A stretch of DNA of 64,000 nt, taken from the IMG/VR virus record IMGVR_UViG_3300046170_000464, positions 1 through 64,000 of that record; one strand, written 5' to 3'. Shown here piece by piece: positions 1 through 8,590 of this stretch. Origin of the DNA: a virus. Position 1 is the stretch's first letter, and every line of letters begins with the position of its first letter. A program made the position numbers and the translations under genes. Below the pieces are notes generated by a model that was not told where the DNA came from, did no database searches, and saw only the letters and a list, made by a program, of their open reading frames with translations.

Positions 1-180
1 GCACTTGGTAGTGAATAAGTCAACCAAAGTGAATGAAACTAAAAAGTGTACATAGAGCACACACAATGTGATACAAAGTATTCAGTTGTTGTGAAAACTA
101 TTCAGTTTTAAATGGTGGGGGTACCACATGTCTGCCTGTGTGTTGATACATACAAGCCAGCATGGATACAAAGTTTTAGA

Positions 181-270
181 TGACCGGCCGGTTTCGCTTT
201 ACCCTAACCAGTGTCCACGGGATCCCGCCCGACGTGTGACACTGCGGCAGTGAGCTGTCCGCTTCTTCAG
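181..270 (-). ncRNA. Hammerhead-ribozyme-like structured RNA (imperfect stem I)
   Basis: Minus strand reads CUGAAGA-aGC...GC-GAAA-CCGGCCGG-UC. Internal hairpin CAGUGUC/GACACUG + CACG/CGUG. Stem I pairing is poor. Confidence 0.35.
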
Positions 271-274
271 TCGA

Positions 275-294
275 TTATTAAGTTGTCTAGGTTC
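275..294 (-). promoter_or_regulatory. boxA-like antitermination element
   Basis: Minus strand GAACCTAGACAACTTAATAA resembles cyanobacterial rrn boxA (GAACCTTGACAACT). Partial copies AACTGAATA at 79-87 and 99-107. Confidence 0.5.
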
Positions 295-338
295 TGGCTA
301 AGGTTCAACGTTTGTCGTTGTTCCGTCGCTTGTTATCA

Positions 339-367
339 AGTGTCGCAGATGCTGCCAGAAATGGCAA
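339..367 (-). promoter_or_regulatory. sigma70-type leftward promoter
   Basis: TTGCCA (367-362), 17 bp spacer, GACACT (344-339) with extended TG. Confidence 0.5.
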
Positions 368-885
368 GATCTTGAGACGGTTCGGTGATTGGTCCAAGGG
401 GACAAACTACCTGGCGATCCGAAAGGGGAAGAAGCGAAGTCCTAAGCCCTGTTCGTGTCGTTGAGATAACAATACATCCCACGGTGCCACCAGCCGCTGA
501 CTGTGTGCCGCTTGTTCGATTGTCATACTGTGTGCGGTCTGTGCTCTCAGTAGTAAAGGAAACGCGTGCGCGATTAAATCATACGACCCACCCCCCGTGG
601 GTTCACTTGTTACAAACTGAAACAATGATAGGAAGGGGGCGACCCACCAAGTCATCATGGTCCTTCATATGTATACCCACAATGTGTAATTATCTAGACC
701 CCGCAATCGGCCTTTTTTTACATATAAAACATACTCGACGGGGCGGGCGAGAAGGGTCTGGGTATCTTGCCGGTATTTTGGGGTCAAAATCTGGAGCGTA
801 CCAACATAATAACAGGCGCAGAAAAAATTTCCCCCTGTGGAAACTTGCCCTAAAATACGATCGAGACTTTTAGACGCGAATAAAT

Positions 886-1806
886 ATGGCTATCGAAAGT
901 CCTCTCGACTCTCTGCTTCGTGCTCAGCAATATCGAGAGGAAGAAAAAAGAAAAAAATACAATCCAGTGAGTGCTGGTCGTTTTAGAGCACCAGCAACTA
1001 TGTCGATGTTGGGTATTGAAGAACGCCCTGTTGAATTTGAACCGAACGAAGCAGCAAAAAAATATTTAGAAGACTTTATGCTTCAAACAGGACGTCGTTT
1101 ATATGTAAAACCTGAGGAAGACACTGGTTTTCGTAATGTTAATACAGGAGATGGCTCTGGATATTACCAACCAGAAGCGAAAGAAGGTGGGTCAAATGAT
1201 CCACGTAAGAGGTTTGTTTACGTAGATTCGAAAAAACCGGATCTATTTACCGTTATTCATGAAGGTGGTCATGCTCAAGATCAAACTTTATTAGAAGCTT
1301 CCTTAGATGAAGGATTAGGTAGAGATAAATTCTTCAACACCGTGGTAGCAGATGAGTCTGATGCGGACAAGTTAAAACGTTTTATGGAGACAGCCGGACC
1401 TATAGGAAGATTAAAATCAGAAACCATAGCCCAAAAGTACGCTATAGATTATTTAAAAAGCAAAGGATACAGTGATGATCAAATTTTAGGGATGGATAAA
1501 GTTGGAGATCACGGTTTGTATCCTTACTCATATGTAAATAATGCGTTCAATTATGCGGAGGGTACTGGTAGTCGAGGTCGAGCTGATCTGGTGACAACTC
1601 CTGATGCAAATACTGTCGATAGATCTAATCTAGACTTTCTTGTAAACAGACTAGGTGAGTTATATACAACTCCTGGTTATTTAGAAACTAGAGATAAAAT
1701 TTCTCAAGACGCTTTTACATATTTAGGAAACCAGTTGGGTCGTTTTACAGGAGCAGGAGATAAAACACCGCGTGAGGTTTACACAGGAACCATTTTCGAT
1801 AATTAG
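886..1806 (+). CDS. Hypothetical protein with HExxH zincin metallopeptidase motif
   Basis: 306-aa ORF containing FTVIHEGGHAQD and a downstream E (KSETIAQ). Confidence 0.55.
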   Translation: MAIESPLDSLLRAQQYREEEKRKKYNPVSAGRFRAPATMSMLGIEERPVEFEPNEAAKKYLEDFMLQTGRRLYVKPEEDTGFRNVNTGDGSGYYQPEAKEGGSNDPRKRFVYVDSKKPDLFTVIHEGGHAQDQTLLEASLDEGLGRDKFFNTVVADESDADKLKRFMETAGPIGRLKSETIAQKYAIDYLKSKGYSDDQILGMDKVGDHGLYPYSYVNNAFNYAEGTGSRGRADLVTTPDANTVDRSNLDFLVNRLGELYTTPGYLETRDKISQDAFTYLGNQLGRFTGAGDKTPREVYTGTIFDN

Positions 1807-1832
1807 TAGACTGCTAACAAAGGGATAGTTGA

Positions 1833-2159
1833 ATGCTTTCGACTGAAGTTCGCAAGAAAGCCGAATTTATCTGTAAAAGAATCGCAGAAAAAGCAGAAGT
1901 AGCGGTTTCAGACATGATCTGGATCCAAAAATGGGCAAAAAGCAACCACAGTGTCGAAGCAATGCTTCGTAGAGCCCGAAGGAGAGCGATTAGAGGTGAT
2001 CAACCCACCGAAGGGTTAGATCGTTTTCTTGAAGATATGGATTTAGGTGACCCAGACCCTGAGGAACAACGTTTTGGTCCTCAGAACCCAGTTGAACTTG
2101 CCGAATGGTTCGGAAAGAAGCGCAAGTGGTTCGTAGATGACGAAGGATGTAGGGACTAA
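1833..2159 (+). CDS. Conserved cyanophage hypothetical protein
   Basis: MLST...EFICKRIA...DMIWIQKWAK resembles a common cyanophage ORF. TAGACT lies 20 nt upstream. Confidence 0.7.
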   Translation: MLSTEVRKKAEFICKRIAEKAEVAVSDMIWIQKWAKSNHSVEAMLRRARRRAIRGDQPTEGLDRFLEDMDLGDPDPEEQRFGPQNPVELAEWFGKKRKWFVDDEGCRD

Positions 2160-2206
2160 GCCTGTGTGGGATCCCCCACTTAGACTGAGTGACCGGCGTA
2201 TTCAGT

Positions 2207-2383
2207 GTGTCAGACGAAGTTCAAGAGTTAAGAGCTCATGAACAACTTAAAAGACTCAAGAGTTTGATGTCTGGCAAGGTCAACAACGTTGATCTTTCTT
2301 GCGACCATTGCGGCTGTTCTTGTAGCTATAGCGTTATGTCTTTAATGAGTTGGGACGAAAACGGGAATTTAAGTGTCGATTGA
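2207..2383 (+). CDS. Small hypothetical protein (Cys cluster)
   Basis: GTG start 20 nt after TAGACT. Contains CDHCGCSC. Confidence 0.45.
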   Translation: MSDEVQELRAHEQLKRLKSLMSGKVNNVDLSCDHCGCSCSYSVMSLMSWDENGNLSVD

Positions 2384-2415
2384 TTTAAACTATATACATT
2401 AGATAAATTTCTAAA

Positions 2416-2742
2416 GTGGTAGATTTTAGAGCTTTAGCCAGCCTCGCAGCACCCATTGTTGGGGCTGTTGCAGGAGGATCTTCTGGTGGTGGGGCTGGTA
2501 TTCCTGGTATTGGCGGTGTCGCTGGTATGGGTGCGGGTGCTATCGGAGGATTAGCTGGTGATTTTTTAAATAAATATCCGTTAGGCGTAGCTGGAGGCAT
2601 GCTAGATCTTGATGAAGCAGGCCCTGCAACTGGTAGTGCTCCTATTACAGGTGGAGAAGACGATAATATTTTTAATTCGTTTCTGGGTAACTACTTAGAA
2701 AAGATTAAAGCAGGTTACGTTCCCGGTTCTTCCGTTATTTAA
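2416..2742 (+). CDS. Gly-rich putative virion/internal protein
   Basis: Co-directional ORF with a Gly/Ala-rich hydrophobic N-terminus. Confidence 0.6.
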   Translation: MVDFRALASLAAPIVGAVAGGSSGGGAGIPGIGGVAGMGAGAIGGLAGDFLNKYPLGVAGGMLDLDEAGPATGSAPITGGEDDNIFNSFLGNYLEKIKAGYVPGSSVI

Positions 2743-2744
2743 TC

Positions 2745-3194
2745 ATGGGTTATCCACAGCCAGATCGTCGTTACGACGCACCTATGCAAGGTTCGTATCC
2801 ACAAGCACCTGCATTTAATCAGGGTGGCGCTATTTTTCAGGGTTCGTTTCCTGAACGTGAGCCTGAGATTGATATCGAATCTGAAATCAGGAAGTATATC
2901 GATCCTGCCAACTTCTTAAATATGTTTATGGAGGACCGTGGGATCCTCGAACAGAACAAAGAAATTATGGGTTATAAAGAGCAGGTGCTCCCACGCTATG
3001 CTAATCCTGCTGACGGTACTCTCAATAACACTATGGTCGCTGCAGATCCTGGTTTGATGCCTGGTGAAAGACCTGGTTACGGTCCCGCTGCTCCTATGGA
3101 GATACGCAATTCGATTTTAGAACGCCTTGCACCTGATGGACTACAGCGTGCTAGAAACATGCTTTATGGTCGAACACCTCTAAAGGGCGTTTGA
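2745..3194 (+). CDS. Hypothetical protein (Pro/Met-rich)
   Basis: 149-aa ORF tightly packed in an operon. Confidence 0.65.
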   Translation: MGYPQPDRRYDAPMQGSYPQAPAFNQGGAIFQGSFPEREPEIDIESEIRKYIDPANFLNMFMEDRGILEQNKEIMGYKEQVLPRYANPADGTLNNTMVAADPGLMPGERPGYGPAAPMEIRNSILERLAPDGLQRARNMLYGRTPLKGV

Positions 3195-3258
3195 TTCTTT
3201 ACTGCTTCAGATATTTCTTTTTCAATTAAAGTAGACTTATGGATATCTATGGCGACTG

Positions 3259-3954
3259 ATGAGTAAAAATAAGAATTTTGAACGTAAGGTACAAGACCAA
3301 TTAAGCTCTAAACTTTTTAGAGATTACGATCGCAAGGCTTTTGGTGCTGGTTCTGAGAAAGATCCCGCAACAGATCGTTTTAGCGGGCTGGATGTAAGGA
3401 AGCTTTATCGTGAAGCAGATGGTCCGGATAGAGTCAGAGCTCAAGCAGTTTTAGATTATTTTGACGATGTCAAAGGTGACACGAGGTATGGCGGTGGTAC
3501 TCAAGATGCATTAGCGAAGTTAAGAGATATTGTTGGAAGAGGCGGCGGTAATGGACCAGACGCGCTTCCCCCTGGTGAGCAGACTTTTGGTGATCCTACA
3601 CGTCCAGGTGCTTTTGCTGGTTCTTACTTTGATTACTTAGGCGGCGATCCAAGCGATTCAGCAAATTATTACGACTCTAATTTCTTAGGTGAGGATGCCC
3701 GTGGTACCGGAGGGATCATGCGTAATGTTTTTGATAACCGGATCGAACGCAGTGTGCCAGTAGGTCAAGGTTCGTTCTTGCAGCCTTTGGGTGAACTAGA
3801 AGCTGAGAATGAAGGAGAGGAATTTTTAAGAAGTTTGATTGGTGGACTTGGTTATGTTGGACCAGGCCAAGCTGAGGGTGGTGAAGTTGGAATGGTGTCT
3901 AATGAAGCCACACGTGCTTTGGGTCAGCTGATTGCAGGGTACGGCGCCAGGTAA
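3259..3954 (+). CDS. Hypothetical protein
   Basis: 231-aa ORF. TAGACT at 3232-3237. Confidence 0.7.
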   Translation: MSKNKNFERKVQDQLSSKLFRDYDRKAFGAGSEKDPATDRFSGLDVRKLYREADGPDRVRAQAVLDYFDDVKGDTRYGGGTQDALAKLRDIVGRGGGNGPDALPPGEQTFGDPTRPGAFAGSYFDYLGGDPSDSANYYDSNFLGEDARGTGGIMRNVFDNRIERSVPVGQGSFLQPLGELEAENEGEEFLRSLIGGLGYVGPGQAEGGEVGMVSNEATRALGQLIAGYGAR

Positions 3955-4036
3955 AAAAGTTAGTAATAGCAGATAAGAGAAAGCCTGATTTTAGTTTTCT
4001 TTTATCGTGTTTATAGTGCGTTGCTCGGTTGAGGCA

Positions 4037-4150
4037 ATGACTCATAAACAAGAGACTAAACTCGTAGTATCATTCGGTGTCGTCTGGATGCTAGGTTTGC
4101 TTAGTTTAACTGTGTACTTAACACGAATGGGTCAACCGTTAAATATGTAG
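4037..4150 (+). CDS. Small single-pass membrane protein (37 aa)
   Basis: GAGG RBS. MTHKQETKLVVSFGVVWMLGLLSLTVYLTRMGQPLNM, below the ORF-track cutoff. Confidence 0.5.
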   Translation: MTHKQETKLVVSFGVVWMLGLLSLTVYLTRMGQPLNM

Positions 4151-4446
4151 GTAGAAGGCATAGTTACAAAGTACTAAGTAGAAAAAACGGGGTAAGCGGC
4201 AGGCTGCGAAAATAAACTCTGTGGCAGCGCGATTTGGCTGAATACCCACAGGCTATATGTTGGCAGTGTGTTCAGAGAGGACATGGGCCAGCAGTGAGTC
4301 GTGAGGGTTGGGCGAGCAGAGGGAGTAGAGGAGGGGCAGGGGTATTAGGTGAAAAATAAAAACGTCGTCTGCGGCAAGCTGCACTAATTATTTACTGTGG
4401 AAGCAATCACCATATTGCTATTATTGGAAAAGCCACAAGATTTTAA

Positions 4447-5070
4447 GTGTTTGAGAAACACGACGTCCTTCCTTTATCTTTGTACGAGTTTGAAGTTCCT
4501 GCTGCTTTATATGTAAAAACTTTGAAGCAGTGTGAAGATATTAATTGGAACGAAGTATCTAAACGCTCCAACAAACCTGAACAAGGTCGGTCAACTTCTG
4601 ATTTTCACAGAGAGAAAGAGTGTCAAGATTTAAAAAATTTTATCGAACAGTGTTTAGAAGAAGTAAGGGTTGATATTAGAGCACACACTATTGAAAAAAT
4701 AGCAGTGTCTCAGCTGTGGGCTAACAAAAGCGTAAAAGATGAATGGCACTGGGGGCATACACATAATTGGTCTTTTTTAACAGGAATTATTTACATTAAG
4801 GGAGTAACAGGTAACACATGGTTTAGTCGTCAAAGTGACTATGACAAACTAATTAGTTACTCAATCCGCCAAAGTGAAGAAGGTGAAAACCTGCTTATAC
4901 ATAAGCAAGCACCCAAACTTGGTAGTATGTTTATTTTTCCTTCAAATTTATTTCATTCTGTAGATGAAGTTAAGGAAAGTGAACGTATAACTATTAGTTT
5001 TAACAGCTTTCCTACAGGAACTCTAGGTAACTGGGAAAACTTAGGAGGCGTAAAGCTAAACGTTGAGTGA
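4447..5070 (+). CDS. Putative 2OG-Fe(II) oxygenase (TIGR02466-like)
   Basis: WAN...HWGHTHNWSFLTGIIY...FIFPSNLFHSV...RITISFN. Confidence 0.85.
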   Translation: MFEKHDVLPLSLYEFEVPAALYVKTLKQCEDINWNEVSKRSNKPEQGRSTSDFHREKECQDLKNFIEQCLEEVRVDIRAHTIEKIAVSQLWANKSVKDEWHWGHTHNWSFLTGIIYIKGVTGNTWFSRQSDYDKLISYSIRQSEEGENLLIHKQAPKLGSMFIFPSNLFHSVDEVKESERITISFNSFPTGTLGNWENLGGVKLNVE

Positions 5071-5099
5071 ATACAATAAAATTCTGTTCGGCTTGAGCC

Positions 5100-5127
5100 T
5101 TGACAAAGCAGTAAAGCTAGATATTAT
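5100..5127 (+). promoter_or_regulatory. sigma70 promoter of the 6S-like RNA
   Basis: TTGACA (5100-5105), 16 bp spacer, TATTAT (5122-5127). Confidence 0.7.
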
Positions 5128-5132
5128 TCGTT

Positions 5133-5275
5133 TGCGTCGAAGGAAGTAGCCTGCTTCTGGAGACTGTCTTCGTGATCCCCCGATGATGAAGATGGGGTTA
5201 CTCAGTCCCTCACACCTGACTAACCCGCCTGGCAAAACGTCTCCGAAGTTTTCGGTGTTGTGAACTTCGGAGAGT
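5133..5275 (+). ncRNA. ssaA: Cyanobacterial-type 6S RNA-like ncRNA
   Basis: ORF-free unit with its own promoter. Blocks GATGGGGTTACTCAG, ACACCTGACTAACCCG and GGCAAAACG match my recollection of cyanobacterial 6S RNA. Rod-like pairing: 5134-5143/5249-5258, GACTG/CAGTC, GTGATCCC/GGGGTTAC. 3' hairpin 5241-5272. Confidence 0.6.
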
Positions 5276-5295
5276 TTGCTAAGTTAATAAAATTT

Positions 5296-6021
5296 TTATC
5301 CATGTGTGTTTGCTACGGAAGCAAGTTTGATTACAAGTTGCCATCCTGTAAAAATACCAAACTCAATCGACGCTAAAGCCGAAAGGCCGCTGTCTACTGC
5401 ACGTTGTACATCAGGGTGACCGTAGTCATCAAAGAAAACAACGCCACCAGGCTTGACCATAGGTACGTAAAGGATTAAATCTCGAGCAACTGACGCTGAA
5501 TCGTGGGCTCCATCGATGTAAAGAACATCAATCCACGGTTCAGAGCCAAAACGTTGGTCTAGGCCCGCAAAAACGTGTTGAGAAAAACCTTTAATTACTT
5601 CAACTTTCCCGCAGTTGTTAGATTTAGCGATATTTTCGCGTGCAGTTCGCTCTAACTTGCTTAAACCAGAGTACTTTTCTGGATTACGGAGGTGTTCTTC
5701 GCTTCCGGTGAACGGGTCGATCGAAATAAGACTTGATTCGTCGTGGTCAAGGAAATAATCTGACCAAAAGCACGAAGATGCTCCTTCGTATACTCCAATT
5801 TCGACAATTTGACGTTTTGCAGCAGGGTCTAAAAGAATTTTCTTTTCTGTTTGGGGTGCACGAATTGCATACTCACTATTTAGCAGTGCATCGTACCAAC
5901 CTTCTGTAAATGTATAGCGTTCATCTAGTGTTTTCTTTGCATCAGCGGGAATACTGACGGTAGGTACCGATGTGTCATCTTTGAGCTGACCCATGAGCTC
6001 TTTAAAGGACGCTGCAGGCAT
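5296..6021 (-). CDS. Class I SAM-dependent methyltransferase (Methyltransf_24-like)
   Basis: IVEIGVYEGAS, SIDPF, YIDGAH, PGGVVFFDDY. Confidence 0.9.
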   Translation of the reverse strand: MPAASFKELMGQLKDDTSVPTVSIPADAKKTLDERYTFTEGWYDALLNSEYAIRAPQTEKKILLDPAAKRQIVEIGVYEGASSCFWSDYFLDHDESSLISIDPFTGSEEHLRNPEKYSGLSKLERTARENIAKSNNCGKVEVIKGFSQHVFAGLDQRFGSEPWIDVLYIDGAHDSASVARDLILYVPMVKPGGVVFFDDYGHPDVQRAVDSGLSALASIEFGIFTGWQLVIKLASVANTHG

Positions 6022-6098
6022 GGGAAAGGGTTGTAAAGCATCAGTATGCTAACAGCGGAGCTTGCTCTTGCTTAAATTTACGATATATTTTTTGTAGC

Positions 6099-6184
6099 GC
6101 CTGAGTGCCGGAATCGGTAGACGGATCGGACTTAAAATCCGCTGACTTGTAAAAGTCGTGCGAGTTCAAGTCTCGCCTTAGGCA
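6099..6184 (+). tRNA. trnL: tRNA-Leu(UAA)
   Basis: Acceptor GCCTGAG/CTTAGGC+A, anticodon loop CT-TAA-AA, long variable arm, T-arm GCGAG-TTCAAGT-CTCGC. No encoded CCA. Confidence 0.95.
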
Positions 6185-6197
6185 TTGCATTTAACCT

Positions 6198-6413
6198 ATG
6201 AACGATTTACTCCTCGATGAGTACTGGAATGGACGCCAGCTTTATCAAGGTTCTAAAGGTGGTAAATACTATGTCAGTGACGCAGGAAACAAAATGTATG
6301 TACGAGAAAATCTAAAATCAAGAAACCAAAAGACAGAAGTAAGACCTAAAAGAAAATTTATACCTAAACGCGGTGCTTTTTACCGATCTCTTATGAATCA
6401 AAAGCAGCTATAA
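6198..6413 (+). CDS. Small basic hypothetical protein
   Basis: YQGSKGGKYY motif and a Lys/Arg-rich tail. Confidence 0.6.
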   Translation: MNDLLLDEYWNGRQLYQGSKGGKYYVSDAGNKMYVRENLKSRNQKTEVRPKRKFIPKRGAFYRSLMNQKQL

Positions 6414-7092
6414 ACATGTTTTCAAAATTTCTTACTTGACCAACTGCATACCCGTGTGATTTAAGAAAGTTAATAATTGTCCTTCTCATATCCTCATTTC
6501 CAGGGTTGCTTTCGAAAACGATTAAAGGTTTATCTTTTTTAATCGTTAACTCTGCTCCTCTAAGCGCATCGTGCTCATACCCTTCTACATCAAGTTTTAT
6601 CATTCTTACAGGACCGTCATACGTTCCATAGTCAATTGCAGTCATTTTTACTTTCTCTTCTGAAAGAACCTTTTCTCCTGTGGGTTTGATAAAGGAAGAC
6701 CCACCTCCGTCTTCGCTAACGACGTATAAAGTTTTTTCTTCGTGAGCTTTATTACTACACGTAACACCAGCGTTTGTTGGAGTCACGTTAGATATTTCGT
6801 TAATAAATAAGTTTCCGCATAACTGAAAATATGTTCTCCTTTGCGCTTCGAAGGCATACACTTTGTCAAAACACTTGGAGAGCATGATGCTGTAAACACC
6901 CATGTGTGCTCCACAGTCAATCAACACCCCATCTCCTGGTAAGTGTTTTTTGACCATTTCTATGAGTGCTAATTCAGGAACACCTACTCTGTGTGCTTGA
7001 CAAAGACCTGAATCATCCCTGTGCATTAAGAAACTAGTATCACAAGTAGGGACAATCAAATCAATAGATGGTGTCCAGAAAAAAGTACTCAT
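6391..7092 (-). CDS. FkbM-family methyltransferase
   Basis: IDCGAHMG, YAFEAQ, IKLDVEGYE..ALRGA, PLIVFE. Confidence 0.92.
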   Translation of the reverse strand: MSTFFWTPSIDLIVPTCDTSFLMHRDDSGLCQAHRVGVPELALIEMVKKHLPGDGVLIDCGAHMGVYSIMLSKCFDKVYAFEAQRRTYFQLCGNLFINEISNVTPTNAGVTCSNKAHEEKTLYVVSEDGGGSSFIKPTGEKVLSEEKVKMTAIDYGTYDGPVRMIKLDVEGYEHDALRGAELTIKKDKPLIVFESNPGNEDMRRTIINFLKSHGYAVGQVRNFENMFIAAFDS

Positions 7093-7136
7093 ACGTTTAA
7101 TTCAGGTGTTAGTATATTAACAGTTGGCTAATAATT

Positions 7137-7907
7137 TTGAAACCGATTCCTGTTCTTGGCACAGCAGTAGTCAATGGTCCTCACTGGGTTTGGAGGTTGT
7201 TCTACAGCATTGATTACCCTGTAGATAATTTTGTTGTTTTTAACAACAACGGTCGAGGGCAGATTGACGAAGAACTAGATCTGTTAAAGAAAGCCCCACA
7301 TAAGTACGTAAAAAAAGTTCATGTATGTCATATGCCTGCGAACCTTGGGTGTAGCGGAGCTTGGAATCTAATTATCAAATCGTTTATGAACGCGCCTTAC
7401 TGGGTGATTTCTAATCATGACGTCATGTACGAACCAGGGTTCTTACAAGAAATGAGTACGGAGGCTGCGAATCCCTTTGCTGGAGTCGTCCATGGTAAAA
7501 ACGGCGGTTGGGATATCTTTCTTTTAAAAGACTGGATGGTGCAGAAGTACGGTTTGTTTGATGAAAATCTTTACCCTGGTTACTGCGAGGACATGGATTA
7601 TGGGATGAGGTTTATCCATGACGACGTAGTTCGAGTTTTGTCTCTGCAGCGCGGTTACTACCACGGCTCGAAGAAGAACGATTATTCGGACGGTAGTCAA
7701 ACCTGGCGTTCAGAACCTGAAATAGCAAATAGTATTCACCTAGCGCATGAGATGAATAAGAAGTATTTGCATATGAAGTGGAGCGAATCCTGGCAAGGTC
7801 ACGTTGAAGGTGAAACCTATAAGACACCTTTCGATTTGGAAGACATGCCTGTCAGTTTTACCACTTATGACTTAGATTTCGTCCGCCGCAAAAACCTCGG
7901 TTTTTAA
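7137..7907 (+). CDS. Glycosyltransferase, GT-A/GT2-like
   Basis: NLGCSGAWN, ISNHDV, GLFDENLYPGYCEDMDY. Confidence 0.85.
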   Translation: MKPIPVLGTAVVNGPHWVWRLFYSIDYPVDNFVVFNNNGRGQIDEELDLLKKAPHKYVKKVHVCHMPANLGCSGAWNLIIKSFMNAPYWVISNHDVMYEPGFLQEMSTEAANPFAGVVHGKNGGWDIFLLKDWMVQKYGLFDENLYPGYCEDMDYGMRFIHDDVVRVLSLQRGYYHGSKKNDYSDGSQTWRSEPEIANSIHLAHEMNKKYLHMKWSESWQGHVEGETYKTPFDLEDMPVSFTTYDLDFVRRKNLGF

Positions 7908-7909
7908 TA

Positions 7910-8590
7910 ATGAAAACAGTTCGTCATCCAATTGAAAGTGCGTGCTGGTCTGTCGACGATGACCCAGCGGCACAAAACTTTGATGACTGGGATTATGTGG
8001 TTGAAGCTGTTAAAACAGCTGCGATTTGTCGTATTCAGTGTGACAATCCTTTTGTCAATGCTTTTCCTGGCGATCATTACCGCATTCTGGCTGGCCTCGT
8101 CTATAACCTTGATCGTTCTAAGGGGCCACTTAAGTTAGTAGACATCGGTACTCACTTAGGTACTTCAGCACGAACCATGCTGGACTTCTCACCTGATGAA
8201 GATACTGTCGAAACTTTTGACGTTAATAAGTGGGATAGTTATTCCGTTAGTTATTTAAACGAAAAGGACTTTGAAAGCCGTTTAACTCAGCACGTAGAGG
8301 ATCTAATGGATCCTCAAGTTTTTGCGCGATTCGCAAAGATGCTTTGTGAGGCTGACTTTATTATGTGCGATGGCCCTAAGGACGGAATATTTGAACAAAA
8401 GTTTTATAGTTTGTTATCTAGTTTAGAATTTCCTAAGAAACCACGGTGGTTGTTTTTGGACGACATCCGTTTTCCTAGTGAAATGGTTTCCTGGCGATTG
8501 ATCGATTCCCCAAAACTAGACTTGACTTCTTTTGGTCACTTCAGTGGAACTGGACTCGTCAACATCTCTGAAGGTTTTAAGTTTGGCTAA
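7910..8590 (+). CDS. Class I SAM-dependent methyltransferase
   Basis: LVDIGTHLGTSA, FIMCDGPKDG, FLDDIR. Confidence 0.8.
   Translation: MKTVRHPIESACWSVDDDPAAQNFDDWDYVVEAVKTAAICRIQCDNPFVNAFPGDHYRILAGLVYNLDRSKGPLKLVDIGTHLGTSARTMLDFSPDEDTVETFDVNKWDSYSVSYLNEKDFESRLTQHVEDLMDPQVFARFAKMLCEADFIMCDGPKDGIFEQKFYSLLSSLEFPKKPRWLFLDDIRFPSEMVSWRLIDSPKLDLTSFGHFSGTGLVNISEGFKFG

Noticed and set aside
385-873. 162-aa ORF (and antisense 407-658)
   Set aside because: No recognisable motif or RBS and atypical composition. It lies in the likely non-coding divergence region.
5133-5275. Alternative identities for the ncRNA (tmRNA piece, manA, wcaG, riboswitch)
   Set aside because: No tRNA-like ends or tag ORF, and none of the manA/wcaG blocks I recall. 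The downstream gene is convergent, so a cis riboswitch is unlikely.
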